Below, one piece after another: positions 9,267 through 19,087 of a DNA stretch of 64,000 nt (position 1 is its first letter; every line of letters begins with the position of its first letter). Source of the DNA: Escherichia coli. Its GTDB lineage: Bacteria; Pseudomonadota; Gammaproteobacteria; Enterobacterales; Enterobacteriaceae. The stretch lies in NCBI RefSeq assembly GCF_024700885.2, contig NZ_CP117016.1; one strand, written 5' to 3'. The position numbers were made by a program, and so were the translations under genes. The notes under the pieces are model-generated. The model worked only from the letters and a program-made list of their open reading frames with translations, was not told the DNA's origin and made no database searches.

Positions 9267-10145
9267 ATGTTTGATTTTGCTTCTTACCATCGCGCAGCAA
9301 CCCTTGCCGATGCCATCAACCTGCTGGCTGACAACCCACAGGCCAAACTGCTCGCCGGTGGCACTGACGTACTGATTCAGCTCCACCATCACAATGACCG
9401 TTATCGCCATATTGTTGATATTCATAATCTGGCGGAGCTGCGGGGAATTACGCTAGCGGAAGATGGCTCACTACGTATCGGCTCTGCAACGACATTTACC
9501 CAGCTCATTGAAGATCCTGTAACTCAACGTCATCTCCCAGCGTTATGTGCTGCGGCCTCGTCCATTGCCGGACCGCAGATCCGTAACGTCGCTACCTACG
9601 GTGGAAATATTTGCAACGGTGCTACCAGTGCAGATTCTGCCACGCCAACGCTAATTTATGACGCGAAACTGGAGATTCACTCCCCGCGCGGTGTTCGTTT
9701 CGTCCCGATTAATGGCTTTCACACTGGGCCGGGCAAAGTGTCTCTTGAGCATGACGAAATCCTTGTCGCCTTTCATTTTCCGCCCCAGCCGAAAGAACAC
9801 GCGGGCAGCGCGCATTTTAAATATGCCATGCGCGACGCAATGGATATTTCAACGATTGGCTGCGCCGCACATTGCCGACTGGATAACGGCAATTTCAGCG
9901 AATTACGCCTGGCATTTGGTGTTGCCGCGCCAACGCCAATTCGCTGCCAACATGCCGAACAGACTGCACAAAATGCGCCATTAAACCTGCAAACACTGGA
10001 AGCCATCAGCGAATCAGTCCTGCAAGATGTCGCCCCGCGTTCTTCATGGCGGGCCAGTAAAGAGTTTCGTCTGCATCTCATCCAGACGATGACCAAAAAA
10101 GTGATTAGCGAAGCCGTCGCCGCGGCGGGGGGAAAATTGCAATGA
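9267..10145 (+). CDS. xdhB: xanthine dehydrogenase, FAD-binding subunit
   Basis: 292-aa ORF of the CO-dehydrogenase flavoprotein family; immediately downstream of xdhA. Confidence 0.9.
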
Positions 10146-10621
10146 ATCACAGCGAAACAATCACCATCGAATGCACCATTAACGGGATGCCTTTTCAGCT
10201 TCACGCCGCACCAGGCACGCCGCTCTCGGAATTACTCCGCGAACAAGGACTGCTAAGTGTCAAACAAGGGTGCTGCGTGGGTGAATGTGGTGCCTGTACG
10301 GTGCTGGTCGACGGCACAGCAATAGACAGTTGCTTATACCTTGCCGCCTGGGCTGAAGGAAAAGAGATCCGCACGCTGGAAGGTGAAGCGAAAGGCGGAA
10401 AACTTTCTCATGTACAGCAGGCTTATGCTAAATCCGGCGCAGTGCAGTGCGGGTTTTGTACGCCTGGCCTGATTATGGCTACCACAGCAATGCTGGCGAA
10501 ACCACGCGAGAAGCCATTAACCATTACGGAAATTCGTCGCGGACTGGCGGGAAATCTTTGTCGCTGCACGGGGTATCAGATGATTGTAAATACAGTTCTG
10601 GATTGCGAGAAAACGAAGTAA
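10142..10621 (+). CDS. xdhC: xanthine dehydrogenase, 2Fe-2S subunit
   Basis: 159-aa ORF with Cys clusters [11 protein letters not shown] and CGFCTPG; ATGA overlap with the xdhB stop. Confidence 0.9.
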
Positions 10622-10626
10622 AAGGA

Positions 10627-10650
10627 TATCCGGCCTGAATTCAGGCCGGA
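10627..10650. terminator. bidirectional terminator-like perfect palindrome between convergent xdhC and ygeV
   Basis: ATCCGGCCTGAATTCAGGCCGGAT is a perfect 24-bp palindrome. Confidence 0.5.
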
Positions 10651-10660
10651 TTCACTGAGG

Positions 10661-12439
10661 TTATGTGTTTAACAACTCATATTTCTTAATCTTGCGATAG
10701 AGCGTAGCAATGCCGATGCCCAGTTCATCAGCAACTTGCTTCTTGCTGTTATGACGTGAAAGCGCCTCGCGGATCATTTGCTTTTCCATCTCCTCCAGCG
10801 CCGTGCCGCCCGCATCATCGAGTGCCAGGTGCGCCTCGTTGACCTCTGTTACATCACTTTGCTCCGTTGTGCCATTATTCAGCAGATTTGGCGGCAATAG
10901 CGTGCTGTCGATAACTTCACCTGAAGGAACCACGTTAACCAGATATTCCATCAAATTGCTTAACTCGCGCAGGTTTCCGGGCCAACGATGCTTACGCAAT
11001 ATTTCGACGACATCGGGAGCAATGCCCGGATAAACCGATCCCAGACGACGGGTATGCAGATGTAAAAAGTAATGCACCAGTAGTTCAATATCTTCCTGAC
11101 GTTCACGCAGCGGTGGCAGAGTTATCGGGATAACATTAAGTCGGTAGAAGAGATCTTCGCGGAATTTACCTTCGGCAATGAACTGGGCCAAATTCTGGTT
11201 AGTTGCAGAAATGATGCGAATGTCGACTTGTATTGGGCTACTGGCACCAATCGGCAGAATTTCACGCGCCTCAATAGCGCGCAGTAATTTAGCCTGCAAC
11301 ATTAATGGCATATCACCTATTTCATCGAGAAACAGCGTGCCCGTATTCGCCGCCTGAATCAACCCTGTTTTACCGTTGGCAGAAGCGCCAGTAAATGCGC
11401 CTTTAACATAACCGAACAGTTCGCTCTCCAGAAGCTGCTCCGGAATCGCGGCACAGTTGATAGCAATAAAGGGTTTATTCCGTCTTCCGCTCAACTTATG
11501 GATTGCACGGGCGACAACTTCTTTACCCGTGCCGCTTTCACCAACCACCATAACGCTGGATGGGCTGGGTGCAATACGGCTAATGAGTCGTTTTAATTGC
11601 CGCATAACACGGCACTCGCCAACCAATTGTTCAATATGCGGTTCATCAGGTGCATTTGCTACAGAAAAACTGGTATGCGATTGGTGAAACGCCATTAAAA
11701 ATAATTGTCGGCCCTGAATGTTATGCAATTGACCAATGATTAATTCACTTTTATCGTCCCACGAAACAATATGCTGCATATGTCCATGGGTAAAATTACT
11801 CTCAAATGTTAATGGTCTGAAACGGATAGGTTTCCCAATAATATTATTTTGTACAACACCAAGTGTTTTTAAGGCAGTCTGATTAACAAACTGAATCCGA
11901 TTATCGTCATCAACAACTAATACACCCTGATCCATATTATCGATCATGGTCGCGAATATTTTACTGATGTTATCTCCTGGTCCCTGATCCTCCAGAAGTT
12001 TCGAAACAAAAATGGTGGATATATGGCGAACGTAATCAGAAAATTCGCGTAAATTATCACTAATATGCTCTTGTTGCTCGTGGGTAACGGCAATCAAACT
12101 TATCACCCCAACACAACGATCCTGTAAAATGACAGGCGTACCCAGAAATGCTTTTTCGCGGCAATTTTCTTTACTATCGCAACCTTCGCAAAGGGGATCG
12201 AAGCGAGACTGTGTCACAACTTTTTCAGTTTTCGTTTCCAGGACGTGGCGGAGCAGGCGTGAGTTGCCGCTCAACTGGCGACCAAGAAACTTCCCATACG
12301 CGCCCGTTCCGGCGACGCGACACAAGTTTTCATCAACGATCTCAACCTCAAGCTGCAAAACGCTGGCAAGCATTCTGGCAAAACGCTGAATTGTCGGTTG
12401 AATTTGCATCAATACTGACTGCGTAGTAGCAAGCTCCAT
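10661..12439 (-). CDS. ygeV: sigma54-dependent transcriptional activator (bacterial enhancer-binding protein)
   Basis: 592-aa ORF with AAA+ Walker A GESGTGKE, the sigma54-contact motif GAFTGA, and a C-terminal helix-turn-helix. Confidence 0.9.
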   Translation of the reverse strand: MELATTQSVLMQIQPTIQRFARMLASVLQLEVEIVDENLCRVAGTGAYGKFLGRQLSGNSRLLRHVLETKTEKVVTQSRFDPLCEGCDSKENCREKAFLGTPVILQDRCVGVISLIAVTHEQQEHISDNLREFSDYVRHISTIFVSKLLEDQGPGDNISKIFATMIDNMDQGVLVVDDDNRIQFVNQTALKTLGVVQNNIIGKPIRFRPLTFESNFTHGHMQHIVSWDDKSELIIGQLHNIQGRQLFLMAFHQSHTSFSVANAPDEPHIEQLVGECRVMRQLKRLISRIAPSPSSVMVVGESGTGKEVVARAIHKLSGRRNKPFIAINCAAIPEQLLESELFGYVKGAFTGASANGKTGLIQAANTGTLFLDEIGDMPLMLQAKLLRAIEAREILPIGASSPIQVDIRIISATNQNLAQFIAEGKFREDLFYRLNVIPITLPPLRERQEDIELLVHYFLHLHTRRLGSVYPGIAPDVVEILRKHRWPGNLRELSNLMEYLVNVVPSGEVIDSTLLPPNLLNNGTTEQSDVTEVNEAHLALDDAGGTALEEMEKQMIREALSRHNSKKQVADELGIGIATLYRKIKKYELLNT

Positions 12440-12749
12440 AGCTTTACCTTCCAGACTTACTTAAAAGTCGATCATTGAAGACGTTGATGGTTCACAGATC
12501 ATGATGATATTAACTCAGGCGAAATTGGCTTTGATAAAAACATAAGATTTTTATCACTTTCTAATGAAATTATGGAAGAGATATCACATTTCTATATCAA
12601 TATGAGAATTACGGCGGTGAGTTTATCAAACTGAAGAGAGAGCGCCTGTTCCTTTATCTTATTTCTGATACTTAGCAGCAAATAAATAACGCGATAAAAA
12701 AAGCCAAACGTTTTCGTATTTTACAAACAACCAGAAGCTGGCATCAATT

Positions 12750-12765
12750 TGTGATCAACCCCACA
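12750..12765. promoter_or_regulatory. CRP-like site TGTGATCAACCCCACA upstream of ygeW
   Basis: TGTGA-N6-CCACA, 9 of 10 matches to the CRP half-sites TGTGA-N6-TCACA. Confidence 0.35.
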
Positions 12766-12808
12766 CATTACCCGTCAAATTAGTCTTTTGCAGCCGCTTG
12801 GATAATTC

Positions 12809-12823
12809 TGGCATAGTTATTGT
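12809..12823 (+). promoter_or_regulatory. candidate sigma54 -24/-12 element TGGCATAGTTATTGT upstream of ygeW
   Basis: GG at -24 spacing and TTGT in place of TTGC; about 90 bp upstream of the ygeW start. Confidence 0.3.
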
Positions 12824-12915
12824 TAGTCCCAGGTATAGCTGTGAAAAGACCAATCACTTTTGGCAAGTCACAGTGAAATAAACCTCTTTGCCTGTCATTC
12901 CACTACCGGGACTTT

Positions 12916-14106
12916 ATGATGAAAACTGTTAATGAGCTGATTAAGGATATCAATTCGCTGACCTCTCACCTTCACGAGAAAGATTTTTTGTTAACGTGGG
13001 AACAGACGCCAGATGAACTGAAACAAGTACTGGACGTTGCCGCAGCATTAAAAGCACTGCGTGCTGAAAACATCTCAACCAAAGTCTTTAATAGTGGATT
13101 AGGTATTTCCGTATTCCGCGACAACTCCACCCGTACCCGTTTCTCTTATGCTTCCGCGCTTAACCTGCTCGGCCTTGCACAGCAAGATCTCGACGAAGGC
13201 AAATCACAAATCGCTCACGGCGAAACCGTGCGTGAAACCGCCAATATGATCTCCTTCTGCGCCGATGCCATCGGTATTCGTGACGATATGTATCTGGGCG
13301 CAGGCAACGCCTATATGCGTGAAGTTGGCGCTGCACTTGATGACGGTTACAAGCAGGGTGTGCTGCCGCAACGTCCGGCTTTAGTGAACCTGCAATGCGA
13401 TATTGACCACCCGACTCAGTCAATGGCTGACCTGGCATGGTTACGTGAACACTTTGGTTCACTGGAAAACCTGAAAGGTAAAAAAATCGCCATGACCTGG
13501 GCCTACTCCCCAAGCTATGGCAAACCGCTCTCTGTACCACAAGGCATCATCGGTCTGATGACTCGCTTCGGTATGGATGTCACCCTGGCCCATCCGGAAG
13601 GCTACGACCTGATCCCGGATGTCGTTGAAGTCGCTAAAAACAATGCTAAAGCCTCCGGCGGTAGCTTCCGTCAGGTCACCAGCATGGAAGAAGCCTTCAA
13701 AGACGCAGACATCGTTTATCCGAAGTCATGGGCACCTTACAAAGTGATGGAAGAGCGTACTGAATTGCTGCGTGCGAACGATCACGAAGGCTTAAAAGCA
13801 CTGGAAAAACAGTGTCTGGCACAGAACGCGCAACACAAAGACTGGCATTGTACTGAAGAGATGATGGAACTGACCCGTGATGGCGAAGCCCTGTACATGC
13901 ACTGCCTGCCAGCTGATATCAGCGGCGTATCCTGCAAAGAAGGTGAAGTGACTGAAGGCGTATTCGAAAAATACCGTATCGCGACCTACAAAGAAGCCAG
14001 CTGGAAGCCTTATATCATCGCCGCGATGATCCTGTCCCGCAAATACGCCAAACCAGGTGCACTGCTCGAGCAACTGCTGAAAGAAGCGCAAGAACGCGTG
14101 AAATAA
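12916..14106 (+). CDS. ygeW: carbamoyltransferase (ornithine/aspartate transcarbamylase superfamily)
   Basis: 396-aa ORF with the carbamoyl-phosphate-binding STRTR motif and HCLP motif. Confidence 0.85.
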   Translation: MMKTVNELIKDINSLTSHLHEKDFLLTWEQTPDELKQVLDVAAALKALRAENISTKVFNSGLGISVFRDNSTRTRFSYASALNLLGLAQQDLDEGKSQIAHGETVRETANMISFCADAIGIRDDMYLGAGNAYMREVGAALDDGYKQGVLPQRPALVNLQCDIDHPTQSMADLAWLREHFGSLENLKGKKIAMTWAYSPSYGKPLSVPQGIIGLMTRFGMDVTLAHPEGYDLIPDVVEVAKNNAKASGGSFRQVTSMEEAFKDADIVYPKSWAPYKVMEERTELLRANDHEGLKALEKQCLAQNAQHKDWHCTEEMMELTRDGEALYMHCLPADISGVSCKEGEVTEGVFEKYRIATYKEASWKPYIIAAMILSRKYAKPGALLEQLLKEAQERVK

Positions 14107-14163
14107 CCCCTCGGGCCGATCAGCTGGTCGGCCCTCTATTTCCAGAGGCCAAAAGGATAGGAT

Positions 14164-15360
14164 ATGTCCGTTTTCTCATTGAAGATTGATATCGCCGATA
14201 ACAAATTTTTCAACGGCGAAACATCACCGCTCTTTTCGCAAAGCCAGGCCAAACTGGCGCGCCAGTTCCACCAGAAAATTGCTGGTTATCGCCCAACACC
14301 GCTTTGTGCGCTGGACGATCTCGCAAACCTTTTTGGTGTGAAGAAAATTCTCGTCAAAGACGAATCAAAACGATTCGGTCTGAACGCCTTCAAAATGCTC
14401 GGCGGTGCGTACGCCATCGCTCAATTATTGTGTGAAAAATATCATCTTGATATCGAAACGCTGTCATTTGAGCATCTGAAAAATGCCATCGGCGAAAAAA
14501 TGACCTTCGCGACCACCACCGACGGCAACCACGGGCGCGGTGTGGCATGGGCAGCACAGCAACTCGGACAGAATGCGGTGATTTACATGCCGAAAGGTTC
14601 TGCTCAGGAACGCGTTGACGCCATTCTGAACCTCGGTGCCGAGTGCATCGTCACGGATATGAACTATGACGATACCGTTCGCCTGACCATGCAACACGCG
14701 CAGCAGCACGGCTGGGAAGTGGTGCAAGATACCGCCTGGGAAGGTTACACCAAAATCCCAACCTGGATCATGCAGGGCTATGCAACACTGGCAGATGAAG
14801 CCGTCGAGCAAATGCGTGAAATGGGCGTAACCCCGACGCACGTTCTGCTGCAAGCTGGTGTCGGTGCAATGGCCGGTGGTGTGCTGGGTTATCTGGTCGA
14901 CGTCTATAGCCCGCAAAATCTGCACAGCATTATTGTTGAACCTGACAAAGCTGACTGTATTTATCGCTCCGGCGTCAAAGGCGACATCGTCAACGTTGGC
15001 GGTGATATGGCCACCATCATGGCGGGCCTGGCCTGCGGCGAACCTAACCCGCTGGGCTGGGAAATCCTACGTAACTGCGCCACCCAATTCATCTCCTGCC
15101 AGGACAGTGTTGCCGCATTAGGTATGCGTGTGCTGGGTAATCCGTACGGCAATGACCCGCGCATCATCTCCGGTGAATCCGGCGCTGTCGGTTTGGGCGT
15201 TCTCGCAGCGGTTCATTATCACCCGCAACGTCAAAGCCTGATGGAAAAACTGGCGCTGAACAAAGATGCCGTAGTGCTGGTTATCAGCACTGAAGGCGAC
15301 ACAGACGTGAAGCACTACCGCGAAGTTGTCTGGGAAGGCAAACACGCTGTAGCACCTTAA
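14164..15360 (+). CDS. ygeX: PLP-dependent diaminopropionate ammonia-lyase
   Basis: 398-aa ORF; position after ygeW matches K-12 order; family assignment (Trp-synthase beta / serine dehydratase fold) is from memory of this gene, no specific motif checked. Confidence 0.85.
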   Translation: MSVFSLKIDIADNKFFNGETSPLFSQSQAKLARQFHQKIAGYRPTPLCALDDLANLFGVKKILVKDESKRFGLNAFKMLGGAYAIAQLLCEKYHLDIETLSFEHLKNAIGEKMTFATTTDGNHGRGVAWAAQQLGQNAVIYMPKGSAQERVDAILNLGAECIVTDMNYDDTVRLTMQHAQQHGWEVVQDTAWEGYTKIPTWIMQGYATLADEAVEQMREMGVTPTHVLLQAGVGAMAGGVLGYLVDVYSPQNLHSIIVEPDKADCIYRSGVKGDIVNVGGDMATIMAGLACGEPNPLGWEILRNCATQFISCQDSVAALGMRVLGNPYGNDPRIISGESGAVGLGVLAAVHYHPQRQSLMEKLALNKDAVVLVISTEGDTDVKHYREVVWEGKHAVAP

Positions 15361-15417
15361 TCACCCTATTGGAACTGCTCCCTGCAAAACGGGGAGTAAA
15401 AAATCTGGAGAAAAATA

Positions 15418-16629
15418 ATGGCTAAGAATATTCCATTCAAACTGATTCTTGAAAAAGCAAAAGATTACCAGGCGGACATGACTCGCTTCCTGCGCGACAT
15501 GGTTGCTATTCCCAGTGAAAGCTGCGACGAAAAACGCGTAGTACATCGTATTAAAGAAGAGATGGAAAAAGTCGGCTTCGATAAAGTTGAAATCGACCCG
15601 ATGGGCAACGTTCTCGGTTATATCGGCCACGGCCCGCGTCTGGTGGCAATGGACGCTCATATTGATACCGTCGGCATTGGCAACATCAAAAACTGGGACT
15701 TCGATCCGTACGAAGGCATGGAAACTGATGAGCTGATCGGTGGTCGCGGTACTTCCGACCAGGAAGGCGGCATGGCATCTATGGTTTATGCCGGTAAAAT
15801 CATTAAAGACCTCGGTCTGGAAGATGAATATACCCTGCTGGTTACCGGTACTGTGCAGGAAGAAGACTGCGACGGTCTGTGCTGGCAGTACATTATTGAA
15901 CAATCCGGCATTCGCCCGGAATTTGTGGTCAGTACCGAACCAACCGACTGCCAGGTATACCGTGGTCAGCGCGGTCGTATGGAAATTCGTATTGATGTTC
16001 AGGGTGTTAGCTGCCACGGTTCTGCGCCAGAACGCGGTGACAACGCCATTTTCAAAATGGGTCCGATTCTTGGCGAATTACAAGAACTCTCCCAACGTCT
16101 GGGTTATGACGAATTCCTCGGCAAAGGCACCCTCACCGTTTCTGAAATCTTCTTCACATCCCCAAGCCGTTGCGCTGTAGCAGATAGCTGCGCCGTCTCT
16201 ATTGACCGCCGTCTGACCTGGGGCGAAACCTGGGAAGGCGCGCTGGACGAAATCCGCGCCCTGCCTGCAGTACAGAAAGCTAACGCGGTTGTTTCTATGT
16301 ACAACTACGACCGTCCGTCCTGGACTGGCCTGGTTTACCCAACCGAATGCTACTTCCCGACCTGGAAAGTGGAAGAAGATCACTTCACCGTTAAAGCACT
16401 GGTGAATGCCTACGAAGGTCTGTTTGGCAAAGCGCCGGTTGTTGATAAGTGGACCTTCTCAACTAACGGCGTATCTATCATGGGCCGTCACGGCATTCCG
16501 GTGATCGGCTTTGGCCCAGGTAAAGAACCTGAAGCGCATGCACCTAACGAAAAAACCTGGAAATCTCACCTGGTGACCTGTGCCGCGATGTACGCGGCAA
16601 TCCCGTTAAGCTGGCTGGCAACCGAATAA
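15418..16629 (+). CDS. ygeY: M20-family metallopeptidase / amidohydrolase
   Basis: 403-aa ORF; position between ygeX and hyuA matches K-12 order; M20 (ArgE/DapE) family assignment is from memory, no specific motif checked. Confidence 0.85.
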
Positions 16630-16646
16630 TTACTCTTCACTTATTC

Positions 16647-16671
16647 CCCTCCGGTTCGCCGGAGGGTTTTT
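16647..16671 (+). terminator. intrinsic terminator-like hairpin between ygeY and hyuA
   Basis: CCCTCCGG-TTCG-CCGGAGGG stem-loop followed by TTTTT, ending 11 nt before the hyuA start. Confidence 0.5.
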
Positions 16672-16681
16672 GGAGTTTGCT

Positions 16682-18067
16682 ATGCGCGTATTGATCAAAA
16701 ACGGCACTGTCGTTAACGCAGATGGACAAGCCAAACAGGATTTGCTGATTGAAAGCGGGATTGTTCGCCAGTTGGGCAACAATATTTCGCCACAGCTCCC
16801 GTATGAAGAAATTGATGCCACTGGCTGTTACGTTTTCCCTGGCGGCGTGGATGTCCATACGCATTTCAATATTGATGTCGGCATCGCGCGCAGTTGTGAT
16901 GATTTTTTTACCGGTACCCGCGCAGCTGCGTGTGGCGGTACAACAACCATTATTGACCATATGGGATTTGGCCCGAATGGCTGCCGGTTACGCCATCAAC
17001 TGGAGGTTTATCGTGGTTATGCCGCCCATAAGGCGGTCATCGACTACAGCTTTCACGGTGTGATCCAGCACATTAATCACGCCATCCTCGACGAAATTCC
17101 GATGATGGTCGAAGAAGGACTGAGCAGTTTTAAACTCTATTTAACCTATCAATACAAACTCAACGATGACGAAGTTTTGCAGGCGTTACGCCGCTTGCAT
17201 GAGTCCGGCGCGCTGACCACCGTGCACCCGGAAAATGATGCAGCTATCGCCAGCAAGCGGGCGGAGTTTATTGCCGCAGGGTTAACCGCGCCGCGCTATC
17301 ACGCCTTGAGTCGCCCTCTGGAATGCGAAGCGGAAGCCATCGCCCGCATGATTAACCTGGCACAAATTGCCGGTAACGCCCCGCTCTATATCGTGCACCT
17401 GTCTAACGGCTTAGGTCTGGATTATCTGCGTCTTGCCCGTGCGAATCACCAGCCAGTCTGGGTTGAAACCTGCCCACAATATCTCCTGTTGGACGAACGC
17501 AGTTACGATACAGAAGATGGCATGAAGTTCATTCTTAGCCCACCGCTGCGTAACGTACGCGAGCAGGACAAACTGTGGTGTGGCATCAGCGATGGTGCGA
17601 TTGACGTGGTAGCGACCGATCACTGCACATTCTCGATGGCTCAACGCCTGCAAATTTCTAAAGGCGATTTCAGTCGCTGCCCAAATGGCTTACCCGGTGT
17701 GGAAAACCGCATGCAGTTACTGTTTTCCAGTGGCGTTATGACGGGACGTATAACACCGGAACGTTTTGTTGAATTAACCAGCGCGATGCCCGCCAGGCTG
17801 TTTGGCCTGTGGCCGCAAAAAGGATTATTAGCGCCCGGTTCCGATGGCGACGTGGTGATTATCGACCCACGTCAGAGTCAACAAATTCAGCATCGCCATC
17901 TCCACGACAACGCCGACTACTCGCCATGGGAGGGTTTTACCTGTCAGGGCGCGATTGTCAGAACTTTATCCCGTGGTGAAACGATTTTCTGTGACGGCAC
18001 TTTTACAGGCAAAGCCGGGCGAGGTCGTTTCCTGCGACGCAAACCGTTTGTCCCTCCCGTGCTCTAA
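16682..18067 (+). CDS. hyuA: D-phenylhydantoinase (cyclic amidohydrolase)
   Basis: 461 aa from the ATG at 16682 (MRVLIKNGTVV...); metal-binding HTHF motif; ORF-track start at 16670 is TTG. Confidence 0.85.
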   Translation: MRVLIKNGTVVNADGQAKQDLLIESGIVRQLGNNISPQLPYEEIDATGCYVFPGGVDVHTHFNIDVGIARSCDDFFTGTRAAACGGTTTIIDHMGFGPNGCRLRHQLEVYRGYAAHKAVIDYSFHGVIQHINHAILDEIPMMVEEGLSSFKLYLTYQYKLNDDEVLQALRRLHESGALTTVHPENDAAIASKRAEFIAAGLTAPRYHALSRPLECEAEAIARMINLAQIAGNAPLYIVHLSNGLGLDYLRLARANHQPVWVETCPQYLLLDERSYDTEDGMKFILSPPLRNVREQDKLWCGISDGAIDVVATDHCTFSMAQRLQISKGDFSRCPNGLPGVENRMQLLFSSGVMTGRITPERFVELTSAMPARLFGLWPQKGLLAPGSDGDVVIIDPRQSQQIQHRHLHDNADYSPWEGFTCQGAIVRTLSRGETIFCDGTFTGKAGRGRFLRRKPFVPPVL

Positions 18068-18114
18068 CCACTGCCAAGGATCTATACACAATCAAGAATG
18101 ATGAGTGAGGAAAA

Positions 18115-19047
18115 ATGAGTAAGAAAATTGTTCTCGCCCTGGGCGGGAATGCGCTGGGCGACGATCTGGCCGGGCAAATGAAAGCGGTAAAAATTACTTC
18201 TCAGGCAATTGTTGATTTAATTGCCCAGGGACATGAGGTCATCGTCACTCACGGTAACGGGCCACAGGTGGGCATGATTAACCAGGCCTTTGAAGCTGCC
18301 GCAAAAACTGAAGCGCACTCGCCAATGCTGCCGATGTCTGTCTGTGTTGCCTTAAGCCAGGGTTATATTGGTTACGATCTACAAAACGCATTAAGAGAAG
18401 AACTGCTTTCTCGTGGCATTAATAAACCTGTAGCAACGCTGGTTACCCAGGTCGAAGTCGATGCTAACGACCCGGCATTCCTCAACCCGACCAAACCGAT
18501 CGGTTCGTTCTTTACCGAGCAAGAAGCAGAGCAACTGACAAAACAGGGTTACACTCTGAAAGAAGATGCTGGTCGCGGCTATCGCCGTGTTGTTGCCTCG
18601 CCAAAACCGGTTGATATCATTGAAAAAGAAACGGTTAAAGCGTTGGTAGATGCAGGCCAGGTGGTGATCACCGTTGGCGGTGGTGGTATCCCTGTTATTC
18701 GTGAAGGTAACCACCTGCGTGGTGCCAGTGCGGTTATCGATAAAGACTGGGCCAGCGCCCGTTTAGCAGAAATGATTGATGCCGATATGCTGATCATTCT
18801 GACTGCGGTAGAAAAAGTGGCCATTAACTTCGGTAAAGAGAATGAACAGTGGCTCGATCGCCTGTCATTAAGTGATGCTGAACGCTTTATCGAAGAAGGT
18901 CATTTTGCGAAAGGTTCTATGCTGCCTAAAGTGGAAGCTGCCGCCTCGTTTGCTCGCTCTCGCGCAGGTCGTGAAGCACTGATTACCGTATTGAGCAAAG
19001 CGAAAGAAGGGATTGAAGGCAAAACCGGAACGGTGATTTGTCAGTAA
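18115..19047 (+). CDS. yqeA: carbamate kinase-like protein
   Basis: 310-aa ORF of the amino-acid kinase family (N-terminal LGGNAL, GGGIP motif). Confidence 0.85.
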   Translation: MSKKIVLALGGNALGDDLAGQMKAVKITSQAIVDLIAQGHEVIVTHGNGPQVGMINQAFEAAAKTEAHSPMLPMSVCVALSQGYIGYDLQNALREELLSRGINKPVATLVTQVEVDANDPAFLNPTKPIGSFFTEQEAEQLTKQGYTLKEDAGRGYRRVVASPKPVDIIEKETVKALVDAGQVVITVGGGGIPVIREGNHLRGASAVIDKDWASARLAEMIDADMLIILTAVEKVAINFGKENEQWLDRLSLSDAERFIEEGHFAKGSMLPKVEAAASFARSRAGREALITVLSKAKEGIEGKTGTVICQ

Positions 19048-19050
19048 TTA

Positions 19051-19084
19051 AAAGGCCGGGTGGGTAATACCATCCGGCCATTTT
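19051..19084. terminator. bidirectional terminator between convergent yqeA and yqeB
   Basis: GGCCGG...CCGGCC stem flanked by A-run and T-run. Confidence 0.5.
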
Positions 19085-19087
19085 CAT

